Assembly: GCA_964106915.2 (NCBI GenBank)
Contig: OZ066915.1
DNA from: Podarcis gaigeae
Lineage: Eukaryota
Strand: one strand, 5' to 3'
DNA: 64,000 bases
Of this stretch, positions 37,001 to 51,056 are shown in pieces. The translations under genes were made by a program, and so were the position numbers. Under the pieces are notes generated by a model that saw only the letters and a program-made list of their open reading frames with translations, ran no database searches and was not told where the DNA came from. The number at the start of each line of letters is the position of its first letter. Position 1 is the first letter of the stretch.

Positions 37001-40000
37001 TATAACATTTTAAATTGTACCAGTAGCAACTAAAGATGTAATGTTGTGTTGGAGGAAGGACCAAACCTGATGCATGTTTGTTTATAGCATTCATGCTTGC
37101 CAGTTTGGCTCTAAAGTGATAAACCCTATAAGAATCAAGCCTGTTCTTGCCGTATGCTCTATGCTCTGATGCTTTAAAACTTTTTTACCTTCAGCCTAGT
37201 TCTGATACCAGAAGTAATCTGGCTGGAGGGGAAAGAACATTAAAGCAGCAAAGCATGTGGAGTAAAGGAGAGGGCAGGTTTTGTTCCTGTCAACCATGTG
37301 CTTACTGTTTACTATTAGATTCTAAAGGATGACTGAATATTGCTTTACGTATTTGATATACGTTATTTTAAATTTATGGTGACTTTTTATATTAGATCAG
37401 ATTGTTACTGTTAATGTTTGATGTTTTATTATATTTTTATATATGTTGGAAGCTGCCCAGAGTAGCTGGGCCAACCCAGCCAGAAGGGCAGGGTATTAAC
37501 AACAACAAAAACAATTACTGCTTCTTTAAGACTCAGAAATTAACCCTTACCCCGGCAAACCCATGTTCAATAATCACATGTACATCCAGCTTAGTCCCAA
37601 GAGCAATAGGTATTCAAAGTGTTTGTGATACTGAGAATTAAGGCAGCAGCATTCTAGGGAGTTAAAACATCTGTTAAATCAGGCTTCCTCAGCCTCGGCC
37701 CTCCAGATGTGTTTAGCCTACAACTCCCATGATCCGTGGCTAGCAGGACCAGTGGTCAGGGATGCTAGGAATTGTAGTCTCAAAACATCTGGAGGGCCGA
37801 GGTTGAGGAAGCCTGTGTTAAATTCAGCTGAGGGGCAGTGAGTAAAGTTCATTAAGAGAGAAGTGTGAGAGTTAAAATAGGAATAGTAAATGATTAGTAC
37901 ATTAACAGCTGTTGTTGTTTATGCTTAATTGGTTCTAATTATCATTTCCAACTTCATGGGCAGGTGTCTCCACCTCTTCTCTAAAGTCTGTCAATGACAG
38001 GGTGTGACATTGCCAGTTCATCACACCAACAACACAGGTTGCTATGCTGTGGTCTAAAGTGTGCTGAAGTATGAAAAAATAATGGTGAGTGGTGGGATAT
38101 CCATTGTATGGTATTCTATACTCCTATAGTTTGGAAATAATTATTATTCATCAGTTACATTGCATTTTTTAAAAAAATGAATATGCTTTTAAATATTTAT
38201 CCTGTACATATTCACAACAATTATTCAAAAGTGACAATAGAAAGCCAAAGAATGCTCAAGAGATTCCCTTAGGTGATCTCTAGTTGAACTCATGACTTCT
38301 GCATTCAAACATTTTATCTACTGGACGATGCTAATTCCCTGCTTAAATGAGAAGCAACTCTTTAAAACAACGACTAAACAACAACAACAAATACCTGGCC
38401 TAGGAGCCACATGACACCCCTCCAAACAAACTTTCTCTGTCATCCCCGCCACCCATTTTTGTTGCAACAGCAGCAAAAAGAGAAGAAGAAAAACACTAAA
38501 GTTGACACTGCACTAGAATCCCATGACCCTGATGGGATGGATCTTTCACCCCTTCCTAGTTATCAGATTAATCATTTGATAATTGGGGAGACAGCATCCT
38601 ACTCAGCTGAGCTACTTGGATCAGCTCAAGACTGCGAGAGTTGACCAAAGGTGCCCCTCAGGCGAAAAAAGGTGACCATCTCTGCTCTAAAACAAGAAGC
38701 CCCTTAAAATGATGATTGTCTGGCAACAACTGGATGCTTGAGCGCATTTCAGAGGGTTGACCGCAATCTTTGGGTAGTCATTTTGCTGTTACATTCACAG
38801 ATTTGGAAGTAAACACAAAGGCAGGATCTGATCCTCAAATTTAAAAATCCCTTCTTCCAGATTCATTTGCAACTCTATTCAATCCCTCCAATCCAAAATC
38901 ACCACTTTGTATAGACACTTTGTATAGTTGACCCCACCAGGTTGAAATTCTCACTGGTGCCTGCAAAGGCACAACAAGGCCCTCCAGACAGTTGATTTTC
39001 GCAGGGAGGTCTGCTATGAAATGGCAGCTGACTGACATGCAGATGGTTTGTGTCTCAAGTAAAACCCCAAGGTGTGAAGGAGATACTCCTGCTAGACTAT
39101 AATGCCCTTCCTCTCTCTCCAAGATTTATATGCTGTGACCTTCATCCTTTGGGTTTTTTCTCCAGAGCCTCATGGAGGAAACCAAGTGAGCTCACACGCA
39201 TACATGATGACGAGTTAACATATAGCATCCATGCAGCTGTAAAAAGTATGAGTCATTGTGTCTCATATGTGCATATATTATTCTAATATTCACATACTAT
39301 TAACAGGGAGAAAGAATTAGTGTAATTAAAAAGGCATGCAGCAACTCCAGTAATATTTGTTTTCTCAAGATGGTTTCCAAGAGAGCTGGCAGCTGGATAG
39401 TAAAATAAACACAACTGGATTGATGGGACATTGAAAAAGGAAGCAGGATTCTGTAGTTGCTGACACCTTGTCTATTTCTGGAAAACTGGGTTTCCTATTC
39501 CTATCCTTGATCTTTCAGTTTATGGTTTTTAAAGGGGCAAACTGCAGACAAGGGTCTTTATCCAAAGTGGATTCATTGTCTGCCATTGCTTAATTGTACT
39601 TGTCACCAAACGTCTTCTATTAATTGAGATTGTTGACTCAAGATATCTTGTGCATAACCATATCATTATTGGCATGTTTCCATTCCTCTTTATTCTTGAT
39701 ATGGATAGCTCATTGCTGGGCAAGGGGGGATAATTTCCCTAAAACAGCATTTGTTAATGATTGCAACATGCATAATTAGAAAGAGTCCTTGGTGTACTGA
39801 AAGGTTAGCAACAAGATTTAGTGGTCCAGTTACTTTTTTTGTTCACTGTAATTTGTTTTTACTAAAACAAAGTAAAGGGGGGACTGAACACCCCACCTAT
39901 GTTTTTAGTTGATTTTTAACATTACAGAAAACACTCCTGAGAACTAAACAATACCAAGATATGCACAGGTCATGAGTTGTAAAGAGAGAGAGAGAAAATG

Positions 40001-43000
40001 CAGTTTTCGAGTTCTTTCAGGGGTACCTGTAGTTGTGTTAAGTTTGTGCAGCAAAAGCAAAAAATCTTATAGCACTTTTAACTACAGTATTAGCAAAAGC
40101 TTTCATGGCCCACACTTCACTTCATAAGTTCATGAAAGCTTAAGCCATGATACATTTATTCCTATCTTTGAGGTGCCACAATACTTTTTTGTTTCTTTCT
40201 GGAATCAATCTTGTGGTTGGGGTTTTGTCTCTTTTAAAACATGCAGTTACTTTTCCACAAGCCCCTCATGTAACCCTTATTATTCTAACCTACATAAGGG
40301 AACTCAAACAGTTTTATCTGCAACGTTGTAAATGAAGATCTTAAGAAACCACCTGAAAATGTAACAGCTGCAATATTTTTTATGATAAGCAAATCTCATT
40401 TTTTAATTTTCATATGGGTGACAGAGAAATCCGTGAATATCAATCTGAAATCCTCCAATGGGGCCAAATTTTTACTAGTGCTGTAGTTGGAAGTTTTGAA
40501 GAGGATTATCATGTTTTTCCTCAAGAGCACCATTTCAAATTTTGGTGGTAGAAGTGGGAATAAAGTTCACAGCAAACTTCAAGTCCTGATATTGAATATA
40601 TTCAACACCAAGTTACAAAGAAGCATTGGACTTTCACAGAGATATTGATGATAAATGATTATGTAGTCATGAGAGGAGGGGGATGCTTTCTCCTGCCCTC
40701 CCTAGGTGGTACCCATTTTCCCATTAATTTGATTCCTTGGACTTACTGTGGAACATTCAGATTGCTCAGTGACAGCACAGTTTCTTTGCAATTATTCTGT
40801 GCCATTGCTCTGGTAGTCCCGCTTGATGCATAAGTATATTCTTGATGCAACTTGATGCTTATTGCAAGCAGAAACTGATATACATTTGCCATGGATTGTA
40901 GGGTTGTGCCCACACTGGCATCGTAATGCAGAATCTGCTACAGAAATTCATGCAAACACTTTAAAGAGTTTCCATAGCGCTTTACAATCTGTGACTATTG
41001 GTCCTTTACAACCTGGTTATGTGTATGAACCAGAGGAGCCAACTCCAAGGGGCCAAAGTCCCTTCGCCCCCAATAAAATATTTGAGGGGGCTGCCCCCCC
41101 AAGTTGATGGACATTGCCATTCAAATGGTGCGTGCGTGCCATGTCTTGTGATTGATTATGTGGGGCGGGATTTATCTGACACACGTTTCCCAATATTTTA
41201 TTCAAGTTGGCACCCCTGGACTATGAACCCTTACCCCACAGCATAACATTGGCCAGTGACTAGTACATATCAGAAACACCCTTTGGCAAACTGACAGGTG
41301 AGTAGAACAATTATTCCTTACTGGTCCAAGGATGTTGGCAATTCATTGTAATTTGCCAAAGACAAATTTGTCCAAAGACAAATTGTGTGAGTGGCTTACA
41401 CAGAATTCTTCCTTTGTCCTTCCTGGTTATCCCCTGCCCTTTATTATAGGAGCCTTTGGGTTTTCTTTTTTATGATCAATTTCTGCCTTTCTGTGATTAT
41501 CTTCTAAACACTACGTTCCTACCCATGAGCAGCAGATGATATGTGCCGGTTCCCAGTTTGCTCCCTCTGCTCTCCTGGTTGTTGCATGTGCATGTTATTC
41601 AGGGAGGGGGCATTTCCGTAAAGTCAACCCCTGGCTGCATGACTGTGTCCCCAGCTCCACATACCTATCATCACTCAGCTGTCACAGCTCATGACAGCTC
41701 AGTCTAAGAAACTTTCACACTTAATTCCATTTATGCACTCTGCAGTTTCGAAAACAGGTGTTTGGTCAGAGCCAGAGGGATACAGACTCTTTGTTTTGCT
41801 AAGTGGGAAGATCACAGAAGCAAATGGGAGCTGTGCAGAATTTCAAAGCTGAGGATGAAATACTCAAGACCTTTCAGAGCCATTTTTAAAAGCTTCCCTT
41901 CCTGCCAGCAGGAAATCCTCTCCTGCATCCTCATCCCTAAGTCTCAAAATGCTTCAGCATTTTTTGCACTTCCTTTTGCCTCCCTCTTGGAGGATTTCGC
42001 AGATCTGCTGATTCACAGAGTTTCCTCTCAGTGAAGTATTTAGTATACATTATGCCCTTTGTGCTGACTCCCTTCCCAGTCTGATGAAACGATGGGCTGG
42101 TTTTGTGACAGGGTTAGAAGAGCAAGCCCTAATCATTGTTCAAGTCCACTTGGCCCTTCTGATTGAAATAACACAGGTGGGGTTAAGGAACAGGATCTGG
42201 TCAGCCACATCTTCGGCTCCCACACTCATGTGGGCCACTCTGACAAGTGAGCAGGGGCACCCAGTTATCAATCACCTGACCCAGCTTCAAAGGAAAGAAT
42301 TGGGCAATGCTCTAAGTGTGATCTCAATTCTTTCCTTTCTTCTTTTGCAGTCTGGTATTGAACTCAAGTCAAGCTGCAAAGGAAGATCCAGAATGATAAC
42401 AGGGCTTGCAGGCACTGCCCATCAGCTGATTGGCACTGGATACAAACCTGATTTTCAACAGGGATCAGCAGCACATAGGAATTAATAAATGCAGCCAATC
42501 CCAGCAGAGTTAGCAGCTGCCACTGATCCGCGGAAGATTTATTTTATTTTTATTTAGACATTAGTTCTATACTTACCATCAACAAATTCCTCTCGGAAGT
42601 TTACAAAACTTAATATATATATTTTTTAAAACTCCAAAACAAAATGCAATAAAAAAAGCTAAAACTAATAATATCTACGCTATTTTACAAAATTCAGCAT
42701 AAAACCAACACAGAGTAGTATAACATCTCTATAAAACCAGCTTTAAAAGAATCATTAATGTCAGAATTGAAAACCCACCAGAGCATTTAATTGAAAGGCC
42801 TGGGAGAATAAAAAGATATTCACCTGGTGCCAAAAGATGCTACCAAGTACCAACTGAGCCTCTCTGAGGAGGGCATTCAACACCACACTACCCCCTCTCT
42901 CCCGCCCCGCCCCCCACTTCTTTTCTTCCCAACCCTATACTGCATATAACACCAATGTCTCACAACAAATGTAACTGATCTGTAGAAAACACAACCTGAA

Positions 43001-46000
43001 GAAAGAGACAATGCATGTGCTTTTTTAAATGAGAAAAATATTTTTAAAAAATAATTTTTAAAAAAACAGCTGGGGGGCCACCATTGAAAAAGACCCTCTT
43101 CCTCATGACCACCCACCCCACTTCATTAGGAAAGAGAATCAGCAGGAGGAATTGCATAACTTGGAGAAGTTCTGGCATAGAGAAGAGACAGCAGCAACTA
43201 TGATGTGAGAACAGAGTTTTAAAACTGGCATTTGTTCTAACCTCACAGGCAGCAGATGGTGGGGAAATGGGAGGTGCAAGAATCAGCTTTGGCCTAGGGA
43301 TTGGAATCCATTTTTAAAAAATAACACGGGAAATGGCATTTCCCTTCTCAAGCCTCCTTCTCCCCCTGGTTTGCCTCCAAGTGGATCTCTGAGCATTTCC
43401 AGATATTAGTGAATAAGTTGGCAGCCAACTCAATGTCTAGACGGTCTTTGGGGTTTGTTCCTTGTGTCAACAAGAGTAGAGGTTACTGCTGACTAGTGAT
43501 GTCAGCACCAGAAGTGTCAGGACGAGGCCACTGATTTTGCCTTCCTGGTTCAAAGTGTGTGCGTTCTTCCGCTTCTCCTTTGCAGATGTAGTGGCAGGAA
43601 TTGTACCTCCACCCTGTCCTGCACCAAATCATTTTTCTATAAACACAAAGTTGGTCCACACAGACAAACACCTTCCAAGGATTTATTTCAGACTTTAACA
43701 GCCACAACTGCCCCAAAGTGGTCTCACAAAATAGAGCTACATTTATAATTAGGGGGCAAAAAAGAGGTAAAACCAACAGCACAATAGTGACACTACTTGA
43801 TAGGTACATTTGCTAAAACAGCATTGTATCACAATTTCAGGAAATATAGCTATCAAGCTACAGTTCTAGCTACCATTGTGAACCTATAAAGTTCTACATT
43901 GTTTGGGCTGTAAATGCCTTAAGCGGAAATAAAAGACAAACAGGGCTCCATTCACTATGGCTGCTTCCACAACTCCTGTAAGTCAATCAACACCAGCAAG
44001 TACTAATTCAAGCCCATCACTCTTGTTTCCCCTCTCCTGTGTTGCTTCCTTCACCTGTCCACCACTGCCTCCACCTAGAGACCATTAACAAAGCATCCTG
44101 CAGCCAGTGTTCCATTTCAGTAACCCAGATACTGATGCTTTCTGTAGCAATCAGCAGGAAGAGGCAGTGGGAGCAAGCAAGGTAGTGAGAGGGAAAGGGC
44201 AAGGTTGGCAGGCTTGGACCAGAGCTCAGTTTGTTGATATGCTTGTCTGATTCCAGAGCAACTCTTTTCTCTGCAGTCTGAGTGGTCAGCCAAGCTAGCT
44301 GACTTTTTGATTGTATCCTCCATGTGTCCGATGGAGGACACATGGGCCACTAGTCTGATGTACCCTGTGTTGACTCCCCAACTCTGAAGCTTGCTTCCAC
44401 ACACAAAAATGTTTCCTGGGTGCTGTAAGTTTCTACAAATACAGATAAGAATGAAGATAGGTTTATTCTAACCATGTTACTTATATATTTTTACTTTATT
44501 GTAAAGTATAGATACGGAGATATACAGTGAACGGTTCTGAGTCGTAGCAAGTGAGGGAAATTTTCAAATATACTAAATACACACGTAAACAAATAAATCC
44601 ACACCACAGACACACAATCAATTTATATTGTGTACTATTTTTATAGGATCAGTGCCAATATCCTTTTCCTGTTTCTCACATGAGGGCATCTGACAGTATC
44701 CCATGTGTGCCCCACATGGGGTTAATTTTAAGTCTTCCATCACTGTCTTGCCCCCGTCCCATACAAGATTAATTGCTAACACTCTTGCTTTTAGAAATGT
44801 ATAGCTAATGTATAGCTAATAGTCACACTTTTGCCATAATTTACAAGGTGTTGATTATAACAAGGTCAAGTCTGCCCACCCATTCAGAGTTAATCATGCC
44901 GAGAGTTAGTCCAGAGTCTTTGTTTATCCCAAGTGATGATAAACAAAATAAGTAAAGGATTAGTTAATGTCCTCCAACCTGCTCCACATGGTATTAATTA
45001 AACTGTGAGCTCCCAGACCTATCCTAAAATAGTTCCTAACACGGGCAATGTCCGGCTTCTTTCCAAAGTGGAATCTACTCTACAACGACAATATTGAGAA
45101 GTTTTAAGATAAACGGCCACCATTAAATTAAAATTCTGAAAAAAAATCCACTGAAAGGTTGTAAAGTCTACTCATTAACTAATTAAATAAGTAGCTCAAT
45201 ATAAGTGATGTTTTGAAGATATGGAATGAAGATTAGAGCTTTTCCCAGCTAAATGACACTTAGAAATAATTTGTGGTCTGGGAAAAAATAAAACTGTATT
45301 TATACAAATAAATAAACGCACAAAACCTCTAGGTGGAACTTCAGAACATCCAGTGTTGTAAGCAGCAATATTCACAACTTTCCTTGCTCAGAAAGCATAG
45401 AGGGCAGGTTTTAATCATCTCACTTTAGATCTCTTTTGCTGTAGATGCCAGCCTCCAGAAACATTCTGCATTAGCTTCAGCTTCTAAGCCATCTTCAAGG
45501 GCAGCTCCCCATATAGCACATTGCAGCAGTCCAAGCAGAAAGTCACTACAGCATGGAGAAGTGAGGACATTCTCAGCCTAGGAATGACTACAGCTGATGT
45601 ACTAGCCTAAGGCTGACATAAGCAGGCCTAGTCACAGAAACCACTTGGGACTGCAGTGACAAGCTGAAATCCAGAAGTACTCCCAGAGTCCTAAACTTTT
45701 CGTGGAGTGCAACCCCTCCCAGAATAGGCCATTCACCTAATTCAAGGACATGTACTTATCCTTTGTTTTGGTGTATGCGGCGACTAACTAGGTGGCCTAA
45801 ATGAGAGCCCAAACAAATTTGAGAGCTGCTTCCTGTGGCAAAGCAGGCCTTACAGAGCAGATGCAGACCCTAAACCTGGGCTCCTCAAAGTTTGTCATAA
45901 AGGACCCTCCTTAAAATAACAAAGGGTGGATGCAGATGGCAGTCAACTTCAGAGCTGGAATTGTCACTGTAGTTTGGGGATGCATGGGCAGATAAAGGCA

Positions 46001-49000
46001 GGGAAAGGGAAGGTGTCAGTTGGGTATCAGTGCTTTAATGTCCCCAAAGAATGAGGTTTCTGGAAGCTAGAAGTCCACATCAATAACTGGCAGAGGTGGC
46101 AGCTCCTTTGACCTTTCGGATTAACAATAAAGACATGCAGCACCTGACTACTGCATAGACACCCAAGTTATACTGACGGATATGACAATACATCATGCTG
46201 GGCAAGATGAAACACAACTGAAAGGAATTGGTTACTGGGCTGAGTGAGCAGATGTCATATTTCTCAAACCTACCAGCTGCCCATATATTCTCTGAGAGGC
46301 CTATCTCCCGTCTGAAAACTGTGAAACTATTGGTTAAATATAGCTACTAGAACAACATGGGGAAATTTGGTCTCAGCTCTTAATACTTTAGGGCAAGAGT
46401 ATGGGGAGGGGAGGCAGATATTTTAATGCTGTACATGAAACTGTCATGAAACCACTAGATCAAAATGGGCCATGCCAAGAATCTAGGAGTGCCTGTTTTA
46501 TGGAGTTGGGATATTTTGAAATATGATATAATAATATGGGAAATCTGGCAACTCTAATTGTTCCTTGAGACAACATTATTATAGTTGGAGAAAGAGACCA
46601 AAATCAGTTTGCCTGTTTAGGTTCCTCAAAACTACAGCAACAAAAAACCCACCCCTCCCGGGACTGTCTTGGGAGATAAATAGAATGAAAAAACCTTACA
46701 AATGCCAAATTTCCGGAGGCGGGGTGGAATCTGAGGCCCTTTATTCAGAGCCAATAGTGCAAAAAGAACAAAAAGCAGTAAAGCACCTTAAAGGGCAACA
46801 AATTTATTATAGTATAAGTTTTTGTGGACTACAGTCCACTTCATCAGATGCATTGACAGGATAACACTTCATGCACCTGAACTCAAAAGCTTATGCTATA
46901 ATAAAGTTGTCACAAGACTTTGCTGTTTTTGCTAAAGAAAACTAACATCCCTACTCTTCTGGAAATTGTTACAGTGGAACACACCACCACAGGCAGTTCA
47001 TTTATTCTTACAAAACTCAGGCAGAATTAAAACAAGGATTAAAATTCATAGCCTGCATTTGGCTGGTGAACTTATGTGCTCTCATGCCAATAGAAAATGC
47101 AGCTACTAAGAAATCTAAAGGAGGTATCAGAATGCTCAGGGCGACCCCAAAGTTTTGTTGCACCTAATTTCTCAACATTTATAAAGACTACATTGCAAGA
47201 AGGAGATGGGTAATCCTGCATTTCTTGCTTGCTTCAAGTGCTATAGAGTTTTTGTTGCCTTTCCTGGTTGTTCATTTCCTGTAGAATGGAGCTGAACCCA
47301 GCAATACCACACCCAGAAAAAGGTTGCATCCTGAGCCCTACAGCATTAGAACAGGCAACACATATCCTGGATATCCTTCCTTGCAGCAAAGCTTTTGGTA
47401 GAAATGCTAGGTTAGATGAGAAATGACAATCCCATGTTCACATTATCACCGTGAGGTAGATCAGTAAGTATAATTGTACTGGATAATTTTCTGTGTAACT
47501 ATAGGTCAGTATAGTTTTGTCAAAAGTTTTTAAAAAACCCCACCACCATTGTTATTTTCAGTTTACAATAAAAACATTATATAACCTATGCATTCTTCAT
47601 AAAGATAACATAACAGGAATTATAACTCACCCCTTCTCACCTGGCAGGGATAGGGGGTGCCGTTTTGTGGTTTGCCTCAGGTTCCAAAATGTCTTGGGGC
47701 AGCCCTAAAGTAATGTGTACACAGGCAACCAAGATGTGACAGAACAATATAGCACTGATATCATAAGAGGCAGCACTACAAGCTGCAGCCTTTAAAGGAA
47801 GCCTGATGGCTGTGTGGCTGAAGAATATAACCTAACCTTTCTAACACCTAGCCTTCCCTTGAAATATGCAGCATTACCGGCACATTGCTAGATGTTATGA
47901 ACAATATTTAGTGTTTAGAAAACAGTAGTGGGGAGGGGGGTGCAGTGACACCTCTTCTTTCGAATATGTTTGCCATATGTGGAAGTCCTTGAAGTAAAAT
48001 CAAAAGGCATAAGGAGACAAGGGGAGAGAACAGAAACCAGGCCTTGGCAAGCTGCCAGCTGTGTAGCGCCCTCTAGGACTTTGCTCAGGGAACAGCATCC
48101 GTTCCTTGGGTCCTCCGGGCTGTTTATCTGTCTGCCTTTCTCTCCAGCCCTCTCCAGGAAACTCTATCTCATCATTCCCCTCACTTTGCTTCAGCTTGAC
48201 TTCCTGAGTTCTCTTGCCAGGTTTACCCTTCATCTTCCTCCACACCTCCCCCACACCATAACTGCTAGGCCATGTTTGCATTTCTATCTCTGTCAGCTTT
48301 CCTTTCTCTCCCCCCTGCCTCACCGCAGTGCCCTTTCCCTCCCCGGCTCCATCCTCTCAGAGAGGAGATGTCCTGGGCCAAAGTTAGCCTGTCAGGTAGC
48401 CACATGTCCGGCCTAGAGCCACTAGGTCAGTCAGGGCCACCCTGCAGACCTCCTCTCGGATCTGGGCTGTCAGCAGCCTTTCTGTCCCTCTGCTGAGCTC
48501 CATATGTGCTGCTTTTAAGTTAGAGGGGTAGGGTGTTCTTTGCACATTTGACAGCACGTGTTTCCTTTTGGATCTGGCCTGCCAACAACTGATGGCAAGG
48601 GGGCTAGCCATCTCTTTCTCTAGGACTGCCAGTTCTCTTTAGTTACATTCACCCCATGCTTTCAAAGCACTCTTTGCACCACACATGGAGAATCCTGGGA
48701 GCTGGTGCTGGGAACTGTAGGTCTGTGAGCTCAGTGCCTTTACCAAACTACAGTTCCCAGGATTCTTTGTGGAAAACTATTACCATTAAAGCTAAATAAG
48801 TACTTTAAATGTAGGTGTGGCCTTTTTCTAAAATCAGTGTTCCTATGACTTCTTTTAACAGCTGCCTGACAGAGAAACCTAATAGGAGATACTTCATATC
48901 ATCTCCATATTGGGAAACACTTCATCTGTTGAATTTGTTCACATCACAAAGGTGTGAAAAATGCTCGAGCACTTGCAGAGAGGTGAGGAGGTGCCATCCC

Positions 49001-51004
49001 TGGTTTGGCCCTTGATTACTTTCATTACTTTGGAGTTACTGGCTAAATTTATAGCCTTTGAAACAGACCATTTCCCCCCAATGTGTAAACATTATTCCCT
49101 ATTTAGGTTCATAAATACATTACAGTTTTCTTGAATTCTCTGGTGGAGAGATGAGCTATAATCATAGCAGTATAGAGAGCAGGAAATGGATGGAAAATGC
49201 TTTGATCATATAATTAATTCTTAAAGGAATGCATATCTAATATTTTATTCTGCAGCCTCCCAGGATTGAAGTACTTCAGTTACCTCCCCCTTTAATAAAA
49301 CAGTCAAATAGTGCAACCTTTGCAGAGTACAAATCCTGATGATTACAAGTTCAAAGAGACAGTCAATGAATCTGCACAGATACCTCAGGCATCTTAGAAC
49401 TACCAGTACTAATAATCACAGGCAGGCATGAAATTCATTTTTCCCCTCAAACAAAAAAAGATGTCCATTGAAATGCCATGCTATGGCTTTCTCAACAGGC
49501 TACTTGTGTTCAGATCAATCATATTTTCATAGTTAGAACTTCAAGTTGAAAATATTTTTTTTTTATAAATGGTTTGCAGGCCATCATAAATTGCCATTTT
49601 TTTAAAAAAAAAAAATCTAATTCTACTGATTGTTGTTTTCCTATTTAAAATTGTTTCCATACACAATAACTCAAACCCCAGAGGTACTCACAAGTAGAAT
49701 ACAATAGCAGAGAAATGTTGATAGATGCTAATGACTCAATTAAGGAACGTAATTACTAACAAAGATGTTGTGCTTAATAACTGAGTGTGCTTGAAAGGGG
49801 TTGAAAATCAGATGAACTAGCTGGTCTCATTCATTCAAGATGTAGCAGAAAGGTATAGGGAAATCCACAACAGCGTGGTCTCCAAAAACTCTATAATCTG
49901 TTATCTTGATGAATTAATTGAACACCTGGTTTAACCACAGTTTAGTGTTATAAAAATGGGCCTAGTCTCCCCCTGGGCCCATGTACCCCCTACTGAAGCT
50001 GCAAGGAGGAATTCAGAAACTTTCATTTCTAGCAATCTGTTGTATCAGCGATGGATCTGAATCTTTTTCTCAAAGCTTGGTGGTTTGTATTCTAAAGCGG
50101 ATGATACAGTCTCTCTTCTCTTAAAACATTATAAAACTGTAAATGTAGTGCAAGCAGGAACTTTAGCCACCGATTTTTAATCAAACTTGTCAGTGCTAAC
50201 ACATATTTTTGCACTTGGTCAGGTAGCATAGAGCTTGCGCAAGATCACATTTATTTATGATTCCTTTTATCTGCTCTTGCAATAAAACATGTTTTCATTG
50301 GGATTGGGGAAGGGGTTAGTGAGAGGTCAATGCTCTAAGCAATCTTTCCAATTCATAGCAATACTAGCTAAACAGCAGCTAAGCCAGAGTCTCCAGTCTA
50401 TTACAAAGAAAGTATTACATTTCTCTTCCAGGCCCCAAAATTAAAAGAATATATTCCAATGCTAGCTAATTTCAAGCCATCTCCTACGGATACATTCTTT
50501 GAAATGCCACCCAGGTCTTGTTATTGCTGTTGAGGACAGAGAGCTGGGGATTCAGTCGGCATTAGATTTTATTTGTCTAACCAGCTGGGGGTGGGGAGGG
50601 GGCTGTAAATACTGGGAAATGCCAAGCCCTGGGAGCACAGTCCTTGTCTGACTCTGCCACTGAACTGCAAAGTCAGGAGCAAGCAGAATGCCAAAGCTAC
50701 ATATCAACATGAGGCAGTGGATGCTCATTCTTCGAGAATGAGGAAGGCACAAGGAAAGGTACTAACTTTAAAACATACACACACAAACACGTTTTCCTCC
50801 CAAATATATTTTTGACAATACTTTGAGCAAAGCACCTCTTTCAAATATTGTACCATCTTTACTCTCACTCCTTTTGGTAAGTCTTAACCCTGCTTCCTTC
50901 ATTTGTATTCTTATCTCAAGGATATTTTACCTGAAATATTAATACATTATGCAGAAACAGAGCCAACTCAGGACATTTTGCTGCCCAAAGGTGGAGCAAT
51001 AAAT

Positions 51005-51056
<52 letters not shown>

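Noticed and set aside
44480-45320. Possible decayed L1/Tx1 ORF2 (also ~6000-6500)
   Set aside because: Only faint motif resemblance; needs an HMM search.
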